Positions 24,990-37,825 of a stretch of DNA of 64,000 bases are shown here, piece by piece. The stretch is taken from positions 121,210,001 to 121,274,000 of the forward strand of contig OX597820.1 of assembly GCA_951406725.2 (NCBI GenBank), read 5' to 3'. The first letter of the stretch is position 1. Each line of letters begins with the position of its first letter. The translations under genes and the position numbers were made by a program. This DNA comes from Octopus vulgaris (lineage: Eukaryota). The notes below the pieces were generated by a model. That model was given only the letters and a program-made list of their open reading frames with translations. It did no database searches and was not told the origin of the DNA.

Positions 24990-25330
24990 CTTCAATGTGT
25001 CGTCAGCGAGTGTCAGCCGGTGACTGATTGACTTGTCAAATTTTTTATAACTCGCTGCGTCATTTACTTTCGGCCTCTTAATCTTTGTCCTCTTCACGCC
25101 TATCAGTGTTTTTGACTGTTCCAATTCAACTGTGGAATGAACCTCGCTATGGCTATTTTCCAGGGAGTTCTGGCCACACGTCTTATGGTTTATCAACCCG
25201 CGTTGTTGAATTATTTTCTTCTGACACACCTTCCCTTGGTGGTTTCTCAGCTCGATGTAACTAGCAAACACCTTTCCGCAGCAGCTGAACTCCTCATCTA
25301 CGTTTCCTTTCTCATTGTCCATTTCCGAAC
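24990..25330 (-). mobile_element. HERO/R2-group non-LTR retrotransposon N-terminal relic
   Basis: SCCGKVFASYIELRNHQGKVC (zinc-finger-like), ENSHSE, KIKRPKVNDAASYKKFD resemble the N-terminus of RLE-type HERO elements (from recall). Confidence 0.55.
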
Positions 25331-25527
25331 GCTTCGTTTGCAGTAGAAACTACAGAATATTGTATTCAGTTCCATCGTTTTAAATTTGGGTTTTAGAAGT
25401 TTGGTAGTTTCAGTTCTACTCTGCACTCCAGCTGCATTTTCATATGTGCGTCCCTGTGTATCCGTAATTGTTTGTATGCACGTGTATATGTGTGTTTGTA
25501 GGTATATAATTCTCAATGTTCACTCTC

Positions 25528-25578
<51 letters not shown>

Positions 25579-25607
25579 AGTTAAATGCAGACGTTATTCA
25601 AATTCTT

Positions 25608-25700
25608 TTACTTCCGATACATGTTTCGAAGATATCACTGGTATTATTCCAAAGGAATAAAATGGTATGAAACAATGTAATCTTCTCTTCAGGGAAGTAA
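25608..25700 (-). ncRNA. Type I hammerhead ribozyme motif with an extended stem II
   Basis: Minus: ttacttcc CTGAAGA gaagat..~45 nt..atcttc GAAAC atgt ATC ggaagtaa; 8-bp stem I, 6-bp stem II base. Confidence 0.7.
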
Positions 25701-26136
25701 AGAAATGAAACTCGTCAATGAGACATTTTAATAGAAAATGATGGATATGTATAGTGATTTACTGAAGGCTATTAAGTTTGTTTTTAAAAGAAAAACGTTA
25801 GAGGATATAACGTCAGAGGTAGCCTATAGAAAGAGGAGGGTTAAAGGAAAGAAAAAGCCTAAATAAATGAGAAGTATATAACGATATGTAAATTAAATAA
25901 AACCCTTTAGTCTTGGAAAAATATATATCTAGTGAATGTGAAATGTAAGAAGAAAATTGTTTGAATTATATAAAATGATAAATATCACTTATATGAACTA
26001 AAGGTGTGTTTCTGCCAATGTTTACATCGGTATGCACGCTCTATAACCATGTTTATAAGGGGATTTTTAGAAATAAAAAATAATATACATATCCATAATT
26101 TTCTGTTAAAATGTCTTATTGACGAGTTTCATTTCT

Positions 26137-26229
26137 TCATTTCCCTAAAGAGAAGATTACGTTGTTTTACCCCATTGTATTCCTTCGGAATAATACCAGC
26201 GATATCATCGAAACATGCGTCGGAAGTAA
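26137..26229 (+). ncRNA. Second hammerhead copy, core mutated (ctaaaga)
   Basis: tcatttcc ctaaaga gaagat..atcatc GAAAC atgc GTC ggaagtaa. Confidence 0.6.
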
Positions 26230-26428
26230 AATAATTTGAATAACACCTGTTTATAACTCCGATTATTTATATATATTATACAAAATATTTCCCGTAAACC
26301 AGAAGTCTCTACCTTTAAAAACAAGGAGTTACACTTTTTTTTATTTTTGTGATTTTTTTTTTTGCTACCCTGGTAACTATTTATCTCTTTTCCGTGTTAA
26401 TTGTTAACAAGGGAAAATACACACATCA

Positions 26429-26587
<159 letters not shown>

Positions 26588-26950
26588 TATTTACATATAT
26601 ATATATTTACATATGAATGTATGTATCTATATTGTTTTTTTTCTCTCTACATAGATATTTGACATAATTATGTGTGTGTACGTATGTATATCTAAACATT
26701 TACATATCAACATATACTATACTTAAACTAGAATATCATGGATTGTAACTTCAAAGTTTCAGTCATCTAAACCATCGTCCGACTGCACATATGTATGTTA
26801 AACACACACAGACACTCAGGCACAAGCATATATGTATATATATATATGTGTGTGTTTCTATCTGTATGTACAACATATATATGTATGTATAACATATATA
26901 TATATATATATGTATGTATAACATATATATATATGTATATATAACATATA

Positions 26951-27010
<60 letters not shown>

Positions 27011-27018
27011 GTGTGTGT

Positions 27019-27081
<63 letters not shown>

Positions 27082-28530
27082 CATATGTATATATTCATAT
27101 ATATTTATATATTGGGGGAGAGAGTGAGTGAGAGATCGGGAGAAAGAGAGAAAGAGAGAGAGAGGCATGAACTTGCAGAGTTTGTCTCACGCAATATCTT
27201 AATTATTTCCGATCGCATGGATTTATTAACTTATGTTTTAACCCGAAAACAAACTGCTCAGCAAAAGACTAATATATTTCCCAGACACAGATTAGAATAA
27301 AGAAAAACAAAAAGAAGGAAATAAAGAACGATTGATATAAATAGATCGGAGTGGCGGAGGAGGCGAAACATTGAAAGCTGAAAGACAGAAAAGACAAAAT
27401 AAAAAGCGAAACAAAATGAAAGAGGCAGAATGATTTGGGAATCAGTGGACATTGAAAAGTAACCAGGAACGAAGAGTAACCAGTTATTTACGGTTCCTAG
27501 ATAGTTTACTCATATTGTATGAAGCGAGATGGAAAAGATCACCATATTTATAATGTTTACGCTCATCCGGCGGCTAGAGGAAGGGAGAAAAAAAAAGAAA
27601 AGAAAAATAAACTGAACAAACATAACTGTGTGTGTATGTGAGGTAGAAGGAAGAGAGAGGGAGGGAGAGAGACAGAGAATAAACAGAGTTAACCAGAATT
27701 TTAAAGTTTCTTAATAGCAAATGTTTTCTAATAAATTATTGTATAGAAGCGAATCTAAGAGCGAAATAAGTGTGGCTAGCAAAGTCATCTGGCATGAAAT
27801 AGTGACCAATGAAAATCATTGGTCATATTTTCTATACTTATGAATAGTCCAGTAACCACAAGTGTCTATTTATAGCCGTTTTTTATTCCTCTAACGGTCG
27901 ATGTCAGAGAGCAGAATATGTACTTCATCGGCTTTTGACAGAAATGGAAGCTAATAAAACCGAGCAAAACTAGTTATTAAAAGAACCCAACACAAAACCG
28001 GTGTTTATCGAGAATTTACAATTATGTACACAACAAACATACAACAACACACAAAAGCAGACGCAATCTAACTTCTTCTTCTTCTTCTTCTTAGCCTCTT
28101 CCTCCTGCTTTCGTGTACACAACACACACACACACACATCATATATTATCTATCTATCTATCTATAATTATATATATATACAAAATAAACACAAAAAGAG
28201 GTGAGCCTTAACAGGTCACCTTACATGCTAGAAGGAGCAGTCAAAAGTCCAAACCACTGTTAAGAGCAATTTCGAAAGGAATGAAAAATAGAAACATTTA
28301 CCATGTTTTACAACCGGACCGTAGGTTTAGAACTTTAATTAGCAAATAAAATAATTTGCAAGGCGAAGTTTTCATCAGCGGGTACGCCAAACATTAGCAT
28401 ATAAATTAGAGACAAAATAATACGTGTCTCATCCTTATATATTATAATTTTCCAAATTCACCGCGCAAGCGCAGTTTCAGTCTCTCTTTCTCTCCCTCTA
28501 TATGTATGTATGTAGGTATCTATATATCTA

Positions 28531-28579
<49 letters not shown>

Positions 28580-28739
28580 GTATGTATGTATACATGTATG
28601 TATGCGTGCATGTACATTTAAGTTCACATGTACACATATATACATGCACACAAGTATATTAAATGTGTATGTTCACACACACATACATATACACCTACAT
28701 CAACATATACACATATATGATAACGTTTATCCATCTATC

Positions 28740-28779
<40 letters not shown>

Positions 28780-28849
28780 TGTGTGTGTGATTGTGCGTGT
28801 GTGTATATGCATACATGCACACACACACATATATGTATAGATGGATATG

Positions 28850-29092
28850 TATGTTTATATTCTTTGTCTGTGTGTCTTTGTGCCTGTATTTGTGTCCCAC
28901 TGTTGCTTGACAGCCGGTTGGTTTGTTTAAGACCTCATTACCCAGCTGTTCGTCAAAGGGACTGATGGAATAATTTTCCAAGCGTCAAGAAATAAGTTTT
29001 GCGGTCGATTCATTCGACTAAATCCCTACAAGGCAGTGCCCCAGTTTGGGCACAGTTTAATGACTGAAAGAACTAAAAGAAATAAAAGATTA
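28850..29092 (+). mobile_element. SINE family B 3' half, decayed
   Basis: gcttgacagccggttgg..gtcgattcattcgactaaa..aaggcagtgccccag..atgactgaaa. Confidence 0.65.
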
Positions 29093-29244
29093 ATGATGAG
29101 ATTATCCGTGTAGTGGGAAATCTTTTGAACATAGCTAAGTCCCGTCAAGTTTATCTCAGCAACAGTAGCCACTACCCCCAGAACAACAACAACAATAATA
29201 ATAATAATAATGAACTCAAATTTTTGCCATAAGGGCAGCTTAAG

Positions 29245-29767
29245 ACAGGGATTAAGTCGAATACATCAACCCCAGTGGTACTTATTTAATCGACCCCGAA
29301 AGGATGAAAGGCAAAGTCGACCTCAGCGGAATTTGAACACAGAATGTAGCAGCAGACGAAATACCTATTTCTTTATTACCCACAAGGGGCTAAACACAGA
29401 GAGGACAAACAAGGACAGACAAATGGATTAAGCCGATTATATCGACCCTAGTGCGTAACTGGTACTTAATTTATCGACCCCGAAAAGATGAAAGGCAAAG
29501 TCGACCTCGGCGAAATTTCAACTCAGAACGTAGCGGCAGATGAAATACCTATTTTTTTACTACCCACAAGGGGCTAAACACAGAGAGGACAAACGGATTA
29601 ATTCGATTTTATCGACCCCAGTGCGTAACTGGTACTTAATTTATCGACCCCGAAAGGATGAAATACAAAGTCGACCTTGGCGGAATTTGAACACAGAACG
29701 TAACGGCAGACGAAATACCGTTAAGCATTTCGCCCGGCGTGCTAACAAATCTGCCAGCTCGCCGCCT
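29245..29767 (-). mobile_element. SINE family A: one headed copy plus two head-less tandem units
   Basis: Junctions gaaatac|ctattt at 29364/29365 and 29548/29549 (184-bp period); head ends at 29767. Confidence 0.9.
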
Positions 29768-30902
29768 TAATACTAAAAAAATAATAATAATTATAATAAC
29801 GACAACAACTAATAATTACAATGAGATTAGTTGTAACAAGAGCAACAAAACTAAAAGTGTTCCAAGAGTTTCTGCCTGCAGATCCATCGCATTCCTCTTG
29901 CTCTTTGCAATAACAATAGAAAAGCCTACGCATTGTGTTGCTATGGATGTTGTAACGTGCATGCATTTCCTGAATCGCAATCCAGTGAATTGCATGACAT
30001 AAACAGTTGGCTATACAATACAACACTTATAAATGGGCGAATCAGAAAAATCAATACAAAATCAATCAATGAATGAAATGTTTTCTTTCTCTCTTTCGCA
30101 TTCATTTCTTCCTTTATTCTTCCGTATTCTTTCCTCGTCTCCGCCCCCACCACCACCACGACTACCTCCGCTGCCGCCGCCGACTCGATCTCATTCTCTG
30201 TGAACGTCACATGACCTTGAAATGACAATAAACCTGAGTGATTACCTGTTACTCACAAACTGACAGGAATTCAGCTCTCGTCACTGCCAACCTCCTCTAC
30301 ACCTGTAGCCGTTTGCTGCTGACACTGGTGGCGGTGATGATGATGATGATGAGAATAATGAGGATGACGATGATGATGATGATGATGATGACAATGACGA
30401 CGACGACAATGACGATGATAATGATGACGTTGATGATTGCTAAATAGTAAACAATAAATGAGAAGCGAGTTGTTTCCTAAATACACTTCAAAGGAGAGAA
30501 TATAAAGTGGTTTTATTGAGTTTGTGACAAAGAAAGAATTGAGCAAGAAAAGGAATTAGAGAACCTGGAATGATTGGTGTAGTGATTGCAGTGGCGGTGG
30601 TGGTGGCGGTAGCGGTGGCGGTGGTAGCGGCAGTGGTGGTTGTGGTACCGGTGGTGTGGGTGGTGGCGGTGATAAGCAATAACTTGACTGCGTGGCTGTT
30701 TAGAATCATGCCATTGTGGATAGTTGTGGTTTGAAGAACCAGTGGACGACAGGTTCCTGGGATTCAGTTAAGGTAGGTCAACGTTGAGAAATCTTTTACC
30801 GGACAGTGCTACGGAGAAATATTGTATAAACTCCACAGGTACAACTTCATTGTCAGGTAGGCCTAGAGCAACTAGGTGGATAATGATACAAGTGAAGATA
30901 GA

Positions 30903-31001
<99 letters not shown>

Positions 31002-31032
31002 TGGGGGGATTGAAGAGTTTATAAGGACAGAG

Positions 31033-32271
31033 TATGAAGTCTGCAAATAGAATAATTTGATTTTCGATAAGCAGTTTTATATTCAATTAAACTACTAATC
31101 AACTCTGTCTCCTTCAAAATAGTTCCCTTGGTAAGCCACACATCACTTAAGCCTTTGTTTCTACTCTTCAACACAGTGATTAAACTCAGAAACTGAAATG
31201 GCGTTAAACTGGTAGGTTATTGGCCAAAATGATGTCCTTTGAGGTGAATTTTGAGGAGATTGAAGTCACATGAACTCAGATTAGTCGGATTTGGGGGATG
31301 AAGGACGAGGGATTTGTTCTTTAGTGCCAAAAACTCAGTGATCGAAGGTACCATGTGTGACAAGCCGCATTGTCGTGATGCAGCATCCAGATAACTTTGA
31401 TGTCTGGTCTCACGCGAGCAACAGGTTTTCGCAGACTTTCAAGAACCTCGTGGTAAAAAAAGTCTGATTGAAACTCTGTCCTTGAGGAACGAATTCTTTA
31501 CAGACGACTCAATTGCTGTCAAGAAATCAAATGAACATGGTTTTGATCTTCGATTTGCTCACTCTCGCTTTTTTCGGCCGCTGTGAGCTTCCAGGGTGCC
31601 ACTCCTAATTCTGGCGTTTTGTTTCTAGATCGTATTTTAATGACATCACCATTAATGACATTTGTGAGAAATTATGGATCATTTTCAATCCGTTTCAGAA
31701 GACAACGGAACACTTCCTTCCTGTTGTATTTTTTTCAGGTGTCAGAATTTGCGAGACAAATTTCGCAGAAATATTCATCCACAATTCGTTGGCCAAAACT
31801 TGAAGAACAGTATTGCGGTTCAAATTCTGCTTCCCTGCAATCAAGTGTTTAGTTAACTGACGGTCAGATCATAAAAGGTCTCTGCTTCGCTCCACATTTT
31901 CATAATTTCTTGAAGTCGTTGGCCTTCCTTATGGAGAGTTATTTTCAACGGATTCTCAACTCTCTCTAAAAGGTTTGAACTATCTGAAAAGCTATGCTTT
32001 TGATAAAGTAATCTTCTCGTAAGCCTGTTGAACTTTTGTACAAATTTCAGTGGAATTGTATTCGAGTTTGAAGCAAAAGCTGATTGTATAGCTTTGCTCG
32101 TATCTGTGTTCACACATTTTCGCAAAACGTGCATGCACATTTCACGCGATTGTGGCTGGAACTGAAGTTATACGGGATGTTGATGTGGCAAAACCGTAAA
32201 GGGAAACCACGCAGTGCTGCCAGATCGAACGCTTCGAGACTTGTTTCATTAATTTATTTACAGATTTCGTA
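31033..32271 (-). mobile_element. Full-length decayed mariner element (~1.24 kb)
   Basis: TA-bounded TIRs tatgaagtctgcaaatagaataat / revcomp tacgaaatctgtaaataaattaat; contains a transposase pseudogene. Confidence 0.85.
31095..32117 (-). pseudogene. Mariner transposase pseudogene
   Basis: MCEHRYEQSYTISFCFKL..GRPTTSRNYENVE..SDRQLT; KEFVPQGQSFNQ; WMLHHDNAACH; *CVAYQGNYFEGDRVD*; multiple stops and frameshifts. Confidence 0.85.
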
Positions 32272-32851
32272 GACTACAACTCACCCACGAACATTTTCTT
32301 AAATACAATTCTTAACAGTACAAAAACCGAAATATAATTTTGCCATTAGTTACTTTTGTTCTCACGAGTCGTCATGGTCTGTGCTCAAAGTGACGGGAAA
32401 ATTGAGATGATTATCCGTAGCAGCCAAGCAGATTGCAAATGAATTTTTTTTGCCATTTTGTCCGTGGAGAAGCATTTATTTTAAGATCATTAAAGGTCTT
32501 AAAAACTCTTGCACGAGACTGTTTAGGATTTAATTACATTAAGACTTAAAATCAAAGTTGTTTTCCTTTTATAGAAAGAGCTTATGCTGAGACTCATTGT
32601 AGCCGGAAGTGAGACGGTTATTTAGAAGGAAGCTTTTAAGATTTTACAAACCGAAGGGGAAAACTACATTTTTTCCCCCTTTTTTTCATGTTTGAAGTGA
32701 CTGAGCTGGGTGATCTGCTTATTAAGGATGGGTCGTGGCGCAATTTTAGTTGACATTTTTCAAGCATCAAAAGCTTGAAAAATATTCAAAAGATCGTTAA
32801 TAGCTGTATGTGGAGTGAGAAAATTTATTCCAGAAAACAACAACACTTTGT

Positions 32852-32959
<108 letters not shown>

Positions 32960-33463
32960 GAGTTGACGTTTAAATGGAAAAAATTAAATTTTGCAAGCTG
33001 GGAAAAAATACTTTTGAATTAATTTTGTGAAGTTTGTTTCTTCTGAATAAATATATTGAAAATGTTATGTTGCCTCAATGGATATACCTTCCTTTGGTTG
33101 AATGCGAGATCCACTTGTGTTTGTGTGTATTAAGAAAATTTGTTTCACCAGACGAAGATGATTTGACTGAAATCAGAAACGACAGAGATGTTTAAGTGCG
33201 GCACTTAGTAGAGGCATAGCATCATTCTCAATGTCTTTCCATCACAAATAAAGCCCACCCTCCACTACCATTGCCACCATCCTCAATATTTTAGATCACT
33301 CAAAACAAGTCCTCTATTTTCAATTTCATATCAAGAGCTCACTGTTTCAAGGTGGGATTAGGGCACTGGCGGATGTTTGAAAGAAGCAATCTCGAACAAG
33401 AGAAAACATGATATATTACGCCACAAACTTCCTACCAATTTTTGTTCGTATTTTATTTTCGAA

Positions 33464-33838
33464 CTATCAGTATCGCCCGGCGTTGCTCGGGTTTGTAAGG
33501 GAAATAACTATATAAGCATTTTTAGAGATGTAAAGTATAATAGCCATCACAATATGGCTAACCACAAAAGGGGGATGTTACTGCAGCTTTTTACGTTCTG
33601 AGATTTAATAATAAATTTTTAGAGAGTTACTTCCCTTATATATGCCAAAAATGCATTAAAAATGGGAAAAATTGATGGTAATTTTTTTTTTAAATCGTAG
33701 ACTCATCGTAGAAGGGCTCGATGTGAATCACGACTATAAGATACCCAGTTTTGGTTAAACTGCACCGCAAAATGTGGGAGTAGTTAGGAATCTAAATCGT
33801 AGGAAACAGACACACAACTTCACTTTTATATATAAAGA
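33464..33838 (-). mobile_element. Non-autonomous Helitron
   Basis: Minus strand 5' TCtttatatataaaag..; 3' GC hairpin cccgagcaacgccggg about 10 nt before a CTAG-like end (gatag|t); sits between A and T. Confidence 0.8.
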
Positions 33839-34137
33839 TATGTATTTCTACCCAAATACATCGTGAAAATAAAAAACATTAATTTGCATCCATACCTTGA
33901 TGTCTATTTGCAATAAATAATGGGATATAAATGATATTTTTATAGATCCGAGCGATGAGAATACGTTCAGCATACTTATACATTCATCAGCCTTGAAATA
34001 GCATCTGTGCAATAGACTTACTGCTACATCCATGATAAAAAAACATGTTCACAACTTGTGACAACTGTTAAAACGTAGAACGGTGCAAGTTGTACGTAAT
34101 GTATCAATGCATTTCACTGCTACAATGTTTGTCAGAT

Positions 34138-34495
34138 TGGCGTAGTCGTGTAGGCCTGAGCCTCTGGAGCCGGCTATCCGGGTTTGTATCCCACTGGGAC
34201 CTTGAGAAAAAAGAACCTTCACACCTGGGTAGGCCGAGCGCTCGCCACTGTACCCAGCTGGAAACGGGTACTTAGCTCTTCTCAGTGCTGCAGCACACGT
34301 CACAACAGTGCTAGAAACCAGTCCCACCTAAGGTGTACTAAAACGGATATCAGGTGGACATCCGGGTGTCATGACTTGGATGTGGTGTAATCCCCCTAGA
34401 GTGTCAAGAGTTAAGGGCCGAAACACTAGCCTAAAGGGGGTTTCTCCTCTGAGGACCACCTGTTGTTACGCTGTCCCCGGGTTTCTTTCCACTGT
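34138..34495 (+). mobile_element. tRNA-derived SINE (family D) with a Nin/Deu-like core
   Basis: A-box tggcgtagtcg; B-box-like gggtttgtatccc; core gtacccagctggaaacgggtactt resembles the cacccagctgtaaatgggtacc domain. Confidence 0.55.
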
Positions 34496-34707
34496 TTTTG
34501 CAGCAAAAAAAACATATCTGCTTTAAAAGAATTTTAATATTTATTTTATGACTTATTTGATTTTTTCTTCCCTCTATAATAAATGTAGTGAAAACTGTTG
34601 GTGTGCCATGACACCTCTATCTTTTATTTGATTGTGGAACGTAAAACGTTGAGAACTTTTGATACAAATAATCACCTGACATGCTAGAAGTAGTAATAAC
34701 CCATATA

Positions 34708-34917
<210 letters not shown>

Positions 34918-35746
34918 TATTTTGAATTACACGCATTGAATAATTTACTTCGGTGTATACTGCAACAAAACCGCCAATAGAACGTTCATGACTGTGATGA
35001 TTTCAACTAAATACCTTCTCAGGCAGTGATGGCCTAAGATGAATGAGAGAGAGAGAAAGAGGATTGAATGAACAAACGAAAGAAAGTGGCACTCAATACA
35101 TTTAGTTTTATGTGTCCATGAAATTTCAATTCCTGTGAAGCTGAGTCAAACTGTTATTCAAATATTTGTACACGTTTGTTCGTGTATATGAGAATACAAA
35201 GAATACGAAGCAAAGCGCCATCACAGCTCACCATTCCACCTTAAAAATGAAAATTCTTATTGTTCCAAACAATTTATGCCGAATGTCTTTGGTCACAGGT
35301 GTGTCTATTTTATCAGGACTTGCCAGATGTAAACTGCGAGAAATTATAACGGCGAAAAAGTAAGAAAATTATATTAATTTAGAAAAGAGACAAAGAAAAT
35401 CTCAGAGGAAGAAAAAGTACAAAAGAGAGTGGAGAGAGAGCGGAAGAGAGAAAAAGGGAGGAGAGGGTGAAAGAGAGACTCAGTGGGAAGTCGTGAAGAG
35501 AAAGAAGGTTCGATCTTAGACCTTTGTTGTGTTAGAAATCTGTCTGTCCCTTAATTACATGCCTCTGCAAATTGTCGTAATGATGCTCAACAAAGGGTTT
35601 ATCAATGTATGTGTAATCATTTCCCTTAAGAGTGTCTAAACGGTATTTATACCAATTTCTGTAAGACCCATTTTCGCTAGTGTCTCTCTCTAAATGAATT
35701 TTATGCACCTATCAATTTGTCTTAACAAGGTCTAATATACTGTACA

Positions 35747-35789
<43 letters not shown>

Positions 35790-36004
35790 TATATACGTAT
35801 GTGTGTGCGTGTGTGTATACAAACATATATACATGCATACATATAGAAATTTCACAAACTAACGTCTTTAATTGTGTCAGTAAACGTCTCTCCCTCTATA
35901 TATATGTGTGTGTGTATATGTATCTCTCTCTCTCTATATATATATACATATATATATATACCTATAGATAGATATATATATACATATATATATATGCATA
36001 CATA

Positions 36005-36036
<32 letters not shown>

Positions 36037-36077
36037 CATATATATATATATATGCATATATATACATATATATATAC

Positions 36078-36108
<31 letters not shown>

Positions 36109-36129
36109 TATATATATATATATATATAT

Positions 36130-36173
<44 letters not shown>

Positions 36174-37254
36174 GCATCAATTTGTATTGTATTTCCATTT
36201 AAATCTCGGATGCATAATAAGAAAATTGCTCGAACCCGTATTTACTGGTTTCTATATTAATTATGTCTGCAACGGTGTCTATAATAACAGGTCTAAACTC
36301 TATCTAACATTACATCTATAATTGTATATACAACTAGTTCTCTTAATAACCGTGTCTAAATGGATAACTTAACGATGACTATAATTGCATCTCTAACAAT
36401 GTCTTGGTACACACCAATTTGTATTACCTGTGTTTAAAATAGAGTGTACGAAAGGTGTCTATAACAAATTGGATTAGCGCTGTCTAAAAGAGTGTATATG
36501 TTCGTATTTCTAACAAATAGGTTTAACGGTGTGTAGAACCAATGTCGATACACGTGTCGTTAATAAATCGATTTAATATAGTGTCTAAACCTGTATTTAT
36601 AATGCGTCGATAATTTTAATTAAAGTTTTCTAGGATGCTGCTAAAGCTCTAATCTATCAATGTTAATATAACAATTATACCATCTGGCTTTCTTTTATTT
36701 TTAAACTACCCCGGGTGATTGATCACCCATCCAACATGCTTATTTATCGATATGATCTGCTGCATACACAGATTTTCACTTAAGCACTTATCGACTTCAC
36801 AACACATAGTCTTTTAAATTTTAGTTAATCATTTAATTTGATCGTTATGAACACTGTGTTGGTTTCCATTCAAGTCATTCCAAGTTGCGACAGGTCTATG
36901 ATGAAAGACAATCCACCCATGACAGCCTTGTTTTTCAGAAATTATATCATATTAGTGAATGTGTCCATTCGTTTTTAAGAAGGTTTTCGTGATTTCATGT
37001 TGATAGAAATCTTCAACTGCACCATCGAACTAGCTGGGACGGATGTTATTAGGTCAGGCAACAAACTACGATTGATCACCTGAAAACAAACACTGACAAA
37101 GGTCAATTTTGAATATAGTAAATAGATTATTGCTTATGAGTTTGTTTCAAGGAGGAGAGCTGCGAGAATCGTTAGTATGTCGAGGAAAATGCTTAGTGGC
37201 ATTTCGCTCGTCTTTACGATCCAAGTTCAAATTAAACTTTATTGTTATTATCAT

Positions 37255-37815
37255 TATTGAGTGAGAGAGCAGGCATGATGTCAAAATAAAACTGGAGTAA
37301 AATATACGAAGCCCAGTATACTCATCATGACTACCCGTCTGATAAGGGTACACCAAGTACATGCATCACAACCATATGTGTGCAACATGATGATCTCTTA
37401 TTAAGATAAACAGCACATGACCTTGCAAATGGGGCCCAGTTTGAATTTTATTCAGGTTGAGTAGCCCACACCAATTAAAAAGTCCCTGAATAAGGGTTGT
37501 TTAAGGATGATGAACGAAATGCCCACGTTGCCAGAGTTATCCAAACCCTAAACAATTCCTTTTAACACATGGCTAGGATGCTCCCCCACTACTTCTGCTC
37601 GTGATCAGAGATGCACATATCGTCAGCCACTAAGAGACATGTTGAACTGGTTAAGGTCAAACAACTGACAAGCAAATCTGAGGTATTGAGCAGAACATTT
37701 GCTGTAGCCCATCTTTTATAGCAAGACAAAACAATGTACACAGTTTAGATGAGAAGCCATGTGAGCCACTGCCTGGTACTGCATCAGGGCATCTATAATA
37801 ATAATAATAATAAGA
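37255..37815 (+). mobile_element. Non-coding element bounded by TTA/TAA tracts, possibly a non-autonomous Dong-type derivative
   Basis: Starts after ttattgttattatcattatt; ends ggtactgcatcagggcatc(taa)n directly before the Dong-like ORF. Confidence 0.4.
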
Positions 37816-37825
37816 AGAAGAAGAA

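Larger units (their letters stand above)
25577..26428. mobile_element. Penelope-like element remnant with inverted ~175-bp pseudo-LTR arms, each with a hammerhead
   Basis: Arms 25577-25752 and 26085-26260 are diverged reverse complements; the element lies between (TA)n and (TCTA)n tracts. Confidence 0.75.

Noticed and set aside
30250-30310. Possible minus-strand exon with gtgagt donor
   Set aside because: The acceptor lacks a pyrimidine tract and no supporting frame was found.
33152-33190. Hammerhead-like acgaaga-tgattt..aaatca-gaaac
   Set aside because: Two core mismatches, no NUH triplet and no stem I; at most a decayed relic.
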